64,000 nucleotides of DNA. Origin: Spirochaetia bacterium. Lineage in GTDB: Bacteria > Spirochaetota > Spirochaetia > SP-2023. The translations under genes and the position numbers were made by a program. How positions within the stretch are numbered: the stretch's first letter is position 1; each line of letters opens with the position of its first letter. The DNA is taken from assembly GCA_965263295.1 (NCBI GenBank), contig OZ253665.1, positions 1,152,001 through 1,216,000 on the forward strand, written 5' to 3'. Below are positions 47,919-56,647 of the stretch, piece after piece. The notes below the pieces were generated by a model. It worked only from the letters and a program-made list of their open reading frames with translations, ran no database searches and was not told where the DNA came from.

Positions 47919-49670
47919 ATGCATACCAGGTCAAAGGCTGATTAAACAGCTAAATATACTGGACAAAAAAGCAAAATTATCAAAATATGAAAAATAATAA
48001 TTTTTATGAAAAAAACTATTGACTAAAATATATAATTTTTGTAACAACAAGAATTGTAAACAATCAATATTGGAGACAGATTCTAAATAAATAGTATTTT
48101 ATCGATAACCGAAACTCACGATTTGTCATAAATATATGCGGTATTTTGCCTATCCAATTCCTACCCCAATTTTTACGCCTTGGAATATTTATTTTAAATC
48201 TAGGGAGGCAAGCATATGCCACACGAAAAATCATTTTCGTTTCCGTCAATATATATATTGACGGCGTCCCTGTTACTCGCAGGCTGCTATGATATAGAGC
48301 GCCGAGAAATCCCCAAGAATGTTTTTCGCATTAAGCCAAAGACTGTCATAAAATCGCCTTACATACTCGTCGAAAGTACTAGCTATAAGACATATATTGT
48401 CGACAGATTTGAAAAAGACGGCGAGCTCGTCTACGATAGCAGCCGTCGCAATGAAAGCCAGCGCATCGTGCGCCCGGATATCTGGCAAGACTGCTTTATC
48501 TCTTGGGGCCTGCGCATAAAAAACACGCCGAGGGTATACTGGCTAATAAAGCAACGTCAAGGTAATACCCAATTTACTATCCCGGACCCGAAAAGAGACA
48601 AGGACGGAGAGAAGGTGTCAAAATTCATATATAAATTGAAGCGAAGAATAAGGGAAAAACAGGAACAAGTAACTACGCTGAAATTGAAGCAAAAGATTGA
48701 TCCACATGACATCAAAATACAAATCGTCGCCGAGTTGCTGCTCTCGGATACTTATATAATACGAAGCAGCTATGATCTGGGCCCTGAAGCCACCTCTCAA
48801 GTCTTAGGTGCCACCCTTTACAAAAGATTATATAAAGTTTGTGATACTAAAAATATCTTCAATCTGCAAAATGCTGCGAAATGCATGCCAAGTAAAAGGC
48901 CGATTAAACAGCTAAATATACTGAGCAGAAAGGCGAAATTATTAAAATATGTAAAATAATAATTTTTAATAAAAAAGTATTGACAATAATGTATAATTTT
49001 GCAAACTCTTGTTAGCAAATTCTAAATGATAGTTCAAAATAGTATTTCATGGAAAAATGCATCACAAATGTGTCATAAATATCTTCGGTATTTTGCCTGC
49101 CCGATATTTGTTTTGCTCCTTCAAATATCTATTTTGGATCTAAGGAGGTAAGCATATGGCCACCCAAAACCCGTTTCTTCTAAAATCATATTTATATATT
49201 ATGATTTTCTCCCTGCTACTCGCAGGCTGTGAAGATAAAGACACAGGAAATCACCCCCCAAATTTAAAAAAGAGTGTCTTTCGCATTAAGCCAGATGTAA
49301 ATATTGGTAGGACATATATAATCGACAGATTTGAAAAAGACGGCGAGCTCGTCTACGATAGTAATCACAATGAAAGTAAGCACGTCGTGCGTATGGAGAC
49401 CTGGAGAAACTGCCGCATTTCCTGGGGCCTGCGGATAAAAAATACGCCGAATGTACACTGGTTAGTAAACCTAGCTCTATGTGACGACCAATTCACTCTG
49501 CCTAATAAACTGCCGCCAGAACTGCAAACGATAAAAGGAAAGGAAGAAAAAAAAACTGGGACACAAAATTAAACTACAAATCGTTGGTAAATTGGAGCTG
49601 TTTGATGATCTTATAGTCCAAGACAGCCATGATCTGGACTTGCAAGCTTTCGCCCAAGGAAAAGACACGT
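47919..49670 (+). repeat. Diverged tandem duplication, unit about 0.95 kb (upstream region plus lipoprotein N-terminal domain)
   Basis: GATTAAACAGCTAAATATACTG identical at 47940 and 48902; a 40-bp identical block at 48400 and 49322; matching TTGAC boxes (48019, 48980) and RBS-AAGCATATG starts. Confidence 0.92.
48216..48959 (+). CDS. Hypothetical lipoprotein, paralog A
   Basis: GGGAGG RBS and lipobox LLAGC; shares VFRIKP, DRFEKDGELVYDS and ISWGLRIKNTP with paralog B. Confidence 0.85.
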   Translation: MPHEKSFSFPSIYILTASLLLAGCYDIERREIPKNVFRIKPKTVIKSPYILVESTSYKTYIVDRFEKDGELVYDSSRRNESQRIVRPDIWQDCFISWGLRIKNTPRVYWLIKQRQGNTQFTIPDPKRDKDGEKVSKFIYKLKRRIREKQEQVTTLKLKQKIDPHDIKIQIVAELLLSDTYIIRSSYDLGPEATSQVLGATLYKRLYKVCDTKNIFNLQNAAKCMPSKRPIKQLNILSRKAKLLKYVK

Positions 49671-50281
49671 ACCCAATCTCTTCCGACTCTTCCGACATCC
49701 CAGGAACCCAAACGGAGGAAGCACATCGGGATGAGGTCCAAAAAAAAATTGATAACGAGATGCAAAAACCAACAGTAAAGATTGAAGTTATAAACACGCT
49801 TGACATTGGTAAAAAACCAACAAAAGATGATATAGAATTCAGTAATAAGCCAGACGGGCTGGAATTTGAATTTAAGGAAGCTACAGAAACAGACTATTAC
49901 GGAAAAGCAAACATCACGTACACAATCTTTTCCGACATCCCAGGAACCCAAAAGAAGGATAAAACGCGGAAGGTCAGCGATTTCTGGAATTCTGATGTTC
50001 AAAAAGTCCAAGAAAAAATTAATAAAGCAATAGAAAGCCCAGAATTTATAGTTAAAACTAAAAAATCTCTTCAACCTTCTACAGAGATAAAAGATCTTTC
50101 CGGCATAACACCTCACAGTTTCTCAACAGCTTTGAATATTCAAATTTTGAGCTGTCAAACTTTAGAAAAGGAAGACGGCGATAAGCTTTACGCAAATATT
50201 GAGTACAAAGTTTCTTCTAACAAAGTAAAAGGTACCATGCCGCGTACAACTACAAATAAGCTTGAGATTGTTAAATATTAA
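49156..50281 (+). pseudogene. Lipoprotein paralog B, frameshifted at an A9 tract (ORFs 49156-49572 and 49592-50281)
   Basis: AAGGAGG RBS and lipobox LLAGC. Removing one A from 49547-49555 fuses the two ORFs into 374 aa and restores alignment to paralog A (HKIKLQIVGKLELFDD vs HDIKIQIVAELLLSDT). Confidence 0.85.
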
Positions 50282-50326
50282 GAAGAAGACTGACCACTAC
50301 GGCAAACTTTGCCGGGATTTTTGATG

Positions 50327-50354
50327 AGGGGGCTGGGCAGGGCCCCCTTTCTTT
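50327..50354 (+). terminator. Rho-independent terminator after the lipoprotein locus
   Basis: AGGGGGC-8 nt-GCCCCCT followed by TTCTTT. Confidence 0.6.
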
Positions 50355-50368
50355 ACTAAAGTAGCGTC

Positions 50369-51310
50369 ATGATCCAAGATAAGCGGCGCTTGCGCATCGC
50401 TCTGCAAAAATCCGGGCGCCTGCACGCGGAGAGCATGGAGATATTAAAGCTTTGTGGTCTCAAGTTCTCGCCGGGTCCGCGCCAATTGCTCTGTCGCTCC
50501 GGCGAAATGCCCCTGGACCTGCTCTTTATTCGCGACGATGACATCCCCAGTTTTGTCGCCGAAGGCATATGTGACTTGGGCATGGCCGGGCAAAATATTT
50601 TTGAGGAAGCCAGCTGCGGCTGGGCACAACAAAGTGCGGGCAAGTCAGAACAAAGCCCGCCGTTTGCAGTTCGCATAAACAAAAAAATGGGCTTTTCCCT
50701 CTGCCGGCTGTCCTTGGCCGCGCCCGCAGAATTTGAGCTCATCTACCGCCAGCGAGGCCCCAAGTCCCTCGAAGGGCGCCGCATCGCCACCTCGTATCCC
50801 GCCAGCCTGAACGATTTTCTGCGCCGACAAGGCATCCGTGCCGAGATCGTCAAAATGAATGGTTCGGTGGAACTGGCCCCGAAACTGCAAATTGCCGACT
50901 TGATCTGCGACCTAGTTTCCACGGGTTCAACCCTGGTGGCCAACGACCTGGTCGAGTGCCACAGCCTGCTTCAGAGCGAGGCCGTGCTGCTTGAACACAG
51001 CGGGCCCCGCAATGACTGGACAACGGCAAAACGCTCCTGCCTCGCCCAACTGCTGTCCCGCCTTGAGAGCGTTTTGCGGGCCCGCAACAGCAAGTATGTC
51101 ATGATGAATGCCCCCAAAGATAAAATCCCCGAAATCAGCGCCTTGCTGCCCGGAGCAGATTCGCCGACAGTCATTCCCCTGGCAGACGCGCAACAGGTGG
51201 CCATCCATGTCGTATCCGCCGAGCCGGTCGTCTGGGAGACCATGGAGGCCCTGAAAGCCGCCGGCGCCCATTCGATTCTGATTCAGCCAATTGAGAAAAT
51301 GCTGTTCTGA
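50369..51310 (+). CDS. hisG: ATP phosphoribosyltransferase (long form)
   Basis: LRIALQKSGRL, IRDDDIP, RIATSYP, GSVELAP, ICDLVSTGSTL, regulatory domain LPGADSPTV...PIEKM. Confidence 0.97.
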   Translation: MIQDKRRLRIALQKSGRLHAESMEILKLCGLKFSPGPRQLLCRSGEMPLDLLFIRDDDIPSFVAEGICDLGMAGQNIFEEASCGWAQQSAGKSEQSPPFAVRINKKMGFSLCRLSLAAPAEFELIYRQRGPKSLEGRRIATSYPASLNDFLRRQGIRAEIVKMNGSVELAPKLQIADLICDLVSTGSTLVANDLVECHSLLQSEAVLLEHSGPRNDWTTAKRSCLAQLLSRLESVLRARNSKYVMMNAPKDKIPEISALLPGADSPTVIPLADAQQVAIHVVSAEPVVWETMEALKAAGAHSILIQPIEKMLF

Positions 51311-51334
51311 AATGGCTTTAAAGTGGAGTCGCCG

Positions 51335-52759
51335 ATGAAATATATCGTCTATTCTGAGTTGGACGCCGCGCAGCGCCGTGCGCTGACGCGGCGTCCCGTG
51401 AGCCGGCAAAATGATGAAATTGGCCGGCAAGTTGCCGCCGTCGAACAGCTGGTGCACGAGGGCGGCGATGCCGCCCTCTGCGAGTTGAGCCAGCGCTTCG
51501 ACGATGTCGAGCTGCACCCGGCACAGCTAGCCGTCGACCCGCGCCACTGGGAACAGGCCTGGGATGAACTGGACACCCGACTGCAAGCCGCCCTGCGGAC
51601 GGCTTTGCACAACATCGCCCAATTCCACCACAGCGAACTGCCACAGCGTGTGCAAGAAGCCGTGGAAACCTCGACGGGCATACATTGCTGGCGAGAATTT
51701 CGCCCGATTGAAACGGTGGGGCTATATATTCCCGGCGGCTCGGCACCACTATTTTCGACCATGCTGATGCTGGGGGTGCCCGCCATTCTCGCGGGATGCC
51801 GCCAGATCGCCTTTTGCAGCCCACCGCTCAATGCGCGGCGGGGGCCAGCCTGTGTGCCGTGGGCTCCTGAACGTGGCGTCCACGCAGCAGTGGAAATGCT
51901 GGGCTGCATGGAGCTATTGCGCCAGTTTAGCCGGCAAGAGGCCGCCCAAGATGAAAAAAGCGGAAGAGGCCGAGGAAACGGAGCGCCCGCGGCCCAGTTA
52001 CAATACTTTCAGGTCGGCGGGGCCCAGGCCATTTTTGCCCTGGCCCACGAACGCGAGGCGGGCTGCAGCCTGCCCCAGGTCGCCAAAATCTTTGGACCGG
52101 GCAACCCGTATGTCACGGAAGCCAAACTGCGCGTTTCCCGGCGCGTGGCCATCGACATGCCTGCCGGCCCCAGCGAAGTGCTGGTGATTGCCGAAGCCGG
52201 GCAAAATGCGGCCATTGTCGCCGCCGATCTGCTGGCCCAGGCCGAGCACGGCCCCAGCTCGCAGGTATTACTCGCCTCGCCCGCCGCAGAGCTGCTGCGC
52301 GATGTCAAAGCAGAAGTGGAACGACAGACAGCGCTGCTGCCGCGCGCGCACGAGATAGCGGGAACCCTGGCCCACAGCTACCTGTTGCACACCCGCGATC
52401 TAGCCGAGGCGATCGCCTTCAGCAATGCCTACGCGCCGGAGCACCTGATTCTGGCCGTCGACGATTATGGCCCCCTTTTACCTCAAATCATAAACGCGGG
52501 TTCTGTATTCTGCGGCCCACATGCCAGTGAAAGCTTTGGCGACTACGCCAGCGGCACGAATCACACGCTGCCGACTGCGGGCTTTGCCCGCAGCCACTCT
52601 GGAGTCGACACCGCAAGCTTTGGTCGCTGGCTGACATTTCAAAGCGTCAGCAAAGCCGGCCTGCGGCAACTCGGCCCAAGCGTCGAATTACTGGCTGAAC
52701 ACGAGCAATTAGAAGCCCACAAAAACGCCGTCACGTTGCGGCTGCGGCAACTAAAGTAA
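51335..52759 (+). CDS. hisD: Histidinol dehydrogenase
   Basis: VGLYIPGGSAPLFST, GGAQAI, KIFGPGN, IDMPAGPSEV, DLLAQAEHG, YAPEHL, GDYASGTNHTLPT. Confidence 0.97.
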   Translation: MKYIVYSELDAAQRRALTRRPVSRQNDEIGRQVAAVEQLVHEGGDAALCELSQRFDDVELHPAQLAVDPRHWEQAWDELDTRLQAALRTALHNIAQFHHSELPQRVQEAVETSTGIHCWREFRPIETVGLYIPGGSAPLFSTMLMLGVPAILAGCRQIAFCSPPLNARRGPACVPWAPERGVHAAVEMLGCMELLRQFSRQEAAQDEKSGRGRGNGAPAAQLQYFQVGGAQAIFALAHEREAGCSLPQVAKIFGPGNPYVTEAKLRVSRRVAIDMPAGPSEVLVIAEAGQNAAIVAADLLAQAEHGPSSQVLLASPAAELLRDVKAEVERQTALLPRAHEIAGTLAHSYLLHTRDLAEAIAFSNAYAPEHLILAVDDYGPLLPQIINAGSVFCGPHASESFGDYASGTNHTLPTAGFARSHSGVDTASFGRWLTFQSVSKAGLRQLGPSVELLAEHEQLEAHKNAVTLRLRQLK

Positions 52760-52772
52760 ACAGAAACTCCAC

Positions 52773-53912
52773 ATGCAAGCCAACCCCCAGCCCCGCAAAA
52801 CCATTTTGCTCGATCGCGACGGCACCATCATCTATGAACCGCCTGGCAGCCAGCAGGTCAATTCGCTCGACGAAATGCGCCTGCTTGAAGGCGTGATTAG
52901 CGCCCTGCACCAGTTGTCACAAGCCGGCTACGCCTTAATCATGGTCAGCAACCAAGACGCTCTGGGCAGCCCCTTGAATCCGCGTGAGAATTACGATTAC
53001 ATCAACGGCAAACTTTTTGAATTGCTGCGCGGCGAAGGCGTCGAATTTGCCGCCGTTTTTACCTGCCCGCACAAGCCCGAAGATGCTTGCAACTGCCGCA
53101 AACCCATGACCGGCATGGTCGACGCCTACCTGCGCGACAAGCCGTTGCTGCTTGCCGACAGCTTTATGGTCGGCGACCGCAGCACAGATGGCCAATTCGC
53201 CGCCAGACTCGGAATCCCCGCCTTGCTGCTGCACAGCGATGTGCACCCCCAGCCGGATCTGAGCCTTTCGGCAGAACAAAAGCTGTGGCACTGGCCTGAG
53301 ATCGCCCATTACATCCTGCGCCGGCCCCGCCAGGCGCGCGTCGCGCGCAAGACTCGTGAAACCGATATTACTCTCGAATTGAGCCTCGACCCATTGTCTG
53401 GCCACGGCTCTTGCCAGGTGGCTACGGGACTGCACTTCTTTGACCACATGCTCGAACAATTGTCGCGCCACGGCGGCATGGATCTGCGGCTCAGCTGTCA
53501 AGGCGACTTGCACGTCGATGCCCACCACACGGTCGAAGACGTGGCCCTGACGCTAGGGCAGGCTTTTGCCGATGCCCTGGGCGACAAACGCGGCATTGTG
53601 CGCTACGCTTTTGAGCGCGTATTGGTCATGGACGAAGTGCGCTGCGAGGTATCGCTCGATCTTTCTGGCCGCCCGCATGTGGTTTTCGCGGCCGACTTTC
53701 CGCGAACTGCCGCGGGCGACTTGCCCACGGACATGGTGCCGCATTTTTTTACCAGCTTTTGCACGGCGGCCAAAATCAATTTACATCTGCGCTGCAGCAC
53801 GGGCAACACCCACCACATGGTCGAAGCCTGCTTCAAGGCCCTGGCCCGCTGCCTCAAGGACGCCGTACGCCGCGAAGGCTTTGGCATCAGCTCAAGTAAG
53901 GGACTTCTCTAA
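52773..53912 (+). CDS. hisB: Bifunctional histidinol-phosphatase / imidazoleglycerol-phosphate dehydratase
   Basis: HAD domain (LDRDGT, CPH...CNCRKP, VGDR) fused to IGPD (RKTRETDI, FFDHML, DAHHTVED, NTHHMVEACFKA, SSKG). Confidence 0.97.
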   Translation: MQANPQPRKTILLDRDGTIIYEPPGSQQVNSLDEMRLLEGVISALHQLSQAGYALIMVSNQDALGSPLNPRENYDYINGKLFELLRGEGVEFAAVFTCPHKPEDACNCRKPMTGMVDAYLRDKPLLLADSFMVGDRSTDGQFAARLGIPALLLHSDVHPQPDLSLSAEQKLWHWPEIAHYILRRPRQARVARKTRETDITLELSLDPLSGHGSCQVATGLHFFDHMLEQLSRHGGMDLRLSCQGDLHVDAHHTVEDVALTLGQAFADALGDKRGIVRYAFERVLVMDEVRCEVSLDLSGRPHVVFAADFPRTAAGDLPTDMVPHFFTSFCTAAKINLHLRCSTGNTHHMVEACFKALARCLKDAVRREGFGISSSKGLL

Positions 53913-55070
53913 AGTGAGTGCGCACAGCCCCCTGCCCTCCAAGCGCCAGAGACAACCGTGGGCCCTCCATTCCAGAGTTTTCTGGCCGCCATGCACTTCA
54001 TGACTCTGCCACTGTTTCGACAGTTCTAGCGCAAATCCCAAAGGGAGGCGGCGACGGCGTTGCTCGCCGTGCCGCATCAGGTCAAAAAGCAAAAATATCA
54101 ATTCAACTTGGAGTGGCCGAGCCAGGGCCGAAAAGTCGCCCTCCCAATAAACGGCCGCCCCGCCATCGCGGTAGCGCAACGCCGAACGCAAGCGCTCGCG
54201 CTCCTCGGCCAGCCAGTCCTCCAACAAACCAAGTTGCCGCTGCGAGCGGCGCACCCCCTGTGGCAAGTTCGGAACTAATCGCATTAATTGGGGCAGAACC
54301 TCCCTGCGATAGAAATTGCGCTGGATCGCCAAATCAAAATTACTCGTGTCCTCCCAGTGCGGCAGCTGGTGAATGGCCACCCAAGCTTGTAAATCGCGCC
54401 GGCTCCAGTCCAACAGCGGCCGCCACAGTCGAGAAGGCAGCAAACCGGGGCCAAATGGTGGCAGGCTCTGCCACTCAGCCATTCCAGCCAAAGCCGCGGG
54501 TCCCGCCCCGCGGCCCAAATTCATGAAAAAACTTTCTAGCTGGTCATCGCCGTGCTGGCCCAGCACCAGGCAACCGCACACCGCCTTGGGGGTCTCGCCG
54601 CGAATCGCCGATCTGCTGTGCGCCCGCTGCAAGCAATGCTGCAGACGCCGGTAGCGTTCTCTGCGAGCCAAATCTTCCAGGCTTAGGCCACGGCGTGTCG
54701 CTTGGCGGCGCAACCAACCCGATCGAATGCGATATACCTGCAAATCGAAGCCCAAACTCCGGCAATAAGCATCCAGAGCGCCTTTCTCGGCCTCCGGATG
54801 TTTATCTCGGATGCCATGCCGGATATAGCAAGGCACCAGCGGCCGGTGACGCCGGTCGACGACACTGCACAGCAAATGCAAGAGGGCGCAGGAATCCAAT
54901 CCGCCGGAGATTGCGACGACAACCGGGCCGGGGGGCAGGCTCCGCGACCGTTCGCGCAACTGCAGCCACAGTTTCCGCAGCTTTGCATTGGCGAGATGCC
55001 CGTCAGATTTTTGAAAAATACGGGGCCGAAATGGCCCCGGCATCTCACAGGCCGGGACTTGGACAGACAT
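53892..55070 (-). CDS. tilS: tRNA(Ile)-lysidine synthetase
   Basis: AISGGLDS, HGIR, EDLARRERY, QHGDDQLES, RPLL, EDTSN, QRNFYR; follows pth. Confidence 0.92.
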   Translation of the reverse strand: MSVQVPACEMPGPFRPRIFQKSDGHLANAKLRKLWLQLRERSRSLPPGPVVVAISGGLDSCALLHLLCSVVDRRHRPLVPCYIRHGIRDKHPEAEKGALDAYCRSLGFDLQVYRIRSGWLRRQATRRGLSLEDLARRERYRRLQHCLQRAHSRSAIRGETPKAVCGCLVLGQHGDDQLESFFMNLGRGAGPAALAGMAEWQSLPPFGPGLLPSRLWRPLLDWSRRDLQAWVAIHQLPHWEDTSNFDLAIQRNFYRREVLPQLMRLVPNLPQGVRRSQRQLGLLEDWLAEERERLRSALRYRDGGAAVYWEGDFSALARPLQVELIFLLFDLMRHGEQRRRRLPLGFALELSKQWQSHEVHGGQKTLEWRAHGCLWRLEGRGLCALTLEKSLT

Positions 55071-55091
55071 TCAGACAGCCTTCTAGCCGGC

Positions 55092-55757
55092 TCAAATCTC
55101 GATGTGACGGCGGTTGAGATCGCCAGCCACCGACTCTGGCGCAGCGCCAAACAAAATATCGCGAAGCGCTTGCTGAGCGCGCCGCAGTGCGCGCATATAA
55201 ATTTCGGCGTCAGACTTGCGCGGCTTGTTCAGCACGTAATGACTAACGGCTTCAGGGCTGCCCGGATGGCCAATTCCGACAAACAGACGCCAGAATGGAG
55301 CCGGCAAACCGGGAATGCACAACGAGCGCAGGCCGTTGTGACTGGAGGAACTGGCGCCAAACTTCAAGCGCAGACGACCCGGCTCCATATCCAGGTTGTC
55401 CAGTACGACAATGCAACGCTCTGGAGCAAATTCATAACGTTTGCGCAAGCCCGGCCATATTTTGCCACTGAGATTCATGAAGGTCTGCGGCTTGACCAAT
55501 AGCGCATTGCCATCTACAGAACAAAGACTTTGCGACGGCGCTACCGGCCGGCGCAGCAACGCGGCATGGAATTGAGCTCCCTTGGTCGCTTTAATCCCCT
55601 TGGTCCCCGCCCACTCCGGCCGAGTCAAAAAGGCGGGATCAGCTTGCAATTCGCACAGCAGCATATCCAGGACATCAAAACCTGCATTGTGGAGGCTGCC
55701 CGCATACTGCTGACCCGGATTCCCCAGGCCAATAATCAACCAATCTAATTGCATCAT
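55092..55757 (-). CDS. pth: Peptidyl-tRNA hydrolase
   Basis: IIGLGNPG, HNAGF, KPQTFMNLSG, HNGLRS, VGIGHP, HYVL. Confidence 0.95.
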   Translation of the reverse strand: MMQLDWLIIGLGNPGQQYAGSLHNAGFDVLDMLLCELQADPAFLTRPEWAGTKGIKATKGAQFHAALLRRPVAPSQSLCSVDGNALLVKPQTFMNLSGKIWPGLRKRYEFAPERCIVVLDNLDMEPGRLRLKFGASSSSHNGLRSLCIPGLPAPFWRLFVGIGHPGSPEAVSHYVLNKPRKSDAEIYMRALRRAQQALRDILFGAAPESVAGDLNRRHIEI

Positions 55758-55791
55758 CCCAAGCCTAACCTAGAATATTTGCAAAACCTAT

Positions 55792-55833
55792 AAAAAAAGG
55801 CCCCAAAGCTAGCCGAAGCCGCCCGGAACCTTT
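55792..55833 (-). terminator. Rho-independent terminator after rplY
   Basis: Minus strand AAAGGTTCCGGGCGGC-TTCG-GCTAGCTTTGGGGCC-T7, with a C(UUCG)G loop. Confidence 0.65.
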
Positions 55834-55869
55834 GGCGTTTTGACCGCAAGACAAGCTTGCTAGACGGGG

Positions 55870-56475
55870 CTAGGTTCCCGCCGCCTCAGCTGCCGCTTCA
55901 GCACTGGCCGAAGCCAAACCGCGCGGAACCGAAATATGTGCGACAATCTGCTCCATTGAACTGAGGATGCGAACAGCCGGCTCGTGTTGCAGGGCACTTA
56001 GCGCCATGGACTCACCAAGTCCCATGCCACTGATGTCAATGCGGAATTCACTCGGCAGGTCCTTTGGCAGGCATTCAACCTCAACAGCCTCACACTGATG
56101 CTCCAACAGACCACCTTCCTTGACTCCGATTGGAGTACCATCCAGAATCAGGGGCACGTGCGTCTTCAGAGTATGGCCTTCAATGATTTCCAGGAAGTCG
56201 ATGTGAAAGACCTCCCCACTCAAGATATCCCCCTGAAAATCCTTGACGAGAACATTGCGGCCCTTGCCGTCAAGCACCAAATTAATGATTGTATTTTCTG
56301 TGATATGGCCGTGGAATTCATTATAGAACTGGCGGGCATTGACCATAATATGGGCTACATTTTCGCCCCCATAAACGACGGCAGGAATCTGACCGTTGCG
56401 GCGCAGACCCCGACTGGCGCTGGAACCAAAGTCCGTGCGAGTTTGAACCTGCAATTCTTTATTTTCTTTGCTCAC
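55870..56475 (-). CDS. rplY: 50S ribosomal protein L25 / Ctc
   Basis: LRRNGQIPAVVYG, HIDF, GVKEGG, VECLPKDLP; GTG start with GGAG RBS. Confidence 0.95.
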   Translation of the reverse strand: MSKENKELQVQTRTDFGSSASRGLRRNGQIPAVVYGGENVAHIMVNARQFYNEFHGHITENTIINLVLDGKGRNVLVKDFQGDILSGEVFHIDFLEIIEGHTLKTHVPLILDGTPIGVKEGGLLEHQCEAVEVECLPKDLPSEFRIDISGMGLGESMALSALQHEPAVRILSSMEQIVAHISVPRGLASASAEAAAEAAGT

Positions 56476-56547
56476 AATAAGTCTCCATTAACCGGCCCCA
56501 CAATCGCCCTTCACAAGCAACGGGGCGGATACACTGACAAAAATAGA

Positions 56548-56620
56548 CTTGGGCGGCAGGATTCGAACCTGCGAATACTGGGATCAAAACCCAGTGGCTT
56601 AACCACTTGCCAACGCCCAA
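56548..56620 (-). tRNA. tRNA-Gln (anticodon TTG); CCA not encoded
   Basis: Acceptor stem TTGGGCG/CGCCCAA, anticodon arm CTGGG-TTTTGAT-CCCAG, T arm GCAGG-TTCGAAT-CCTGC. Confidence 0.96.
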
Positions 56621-56647
56621 ATTTCAATCGCGTCCTGCCCTTGCTAC

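Noticed and set aside
50282..50368. His leader peptide / attenuator before hisG
   Set aside because: No run of His codons; the hairpin is explained as the terminator of the upstream lipoprotein gene.
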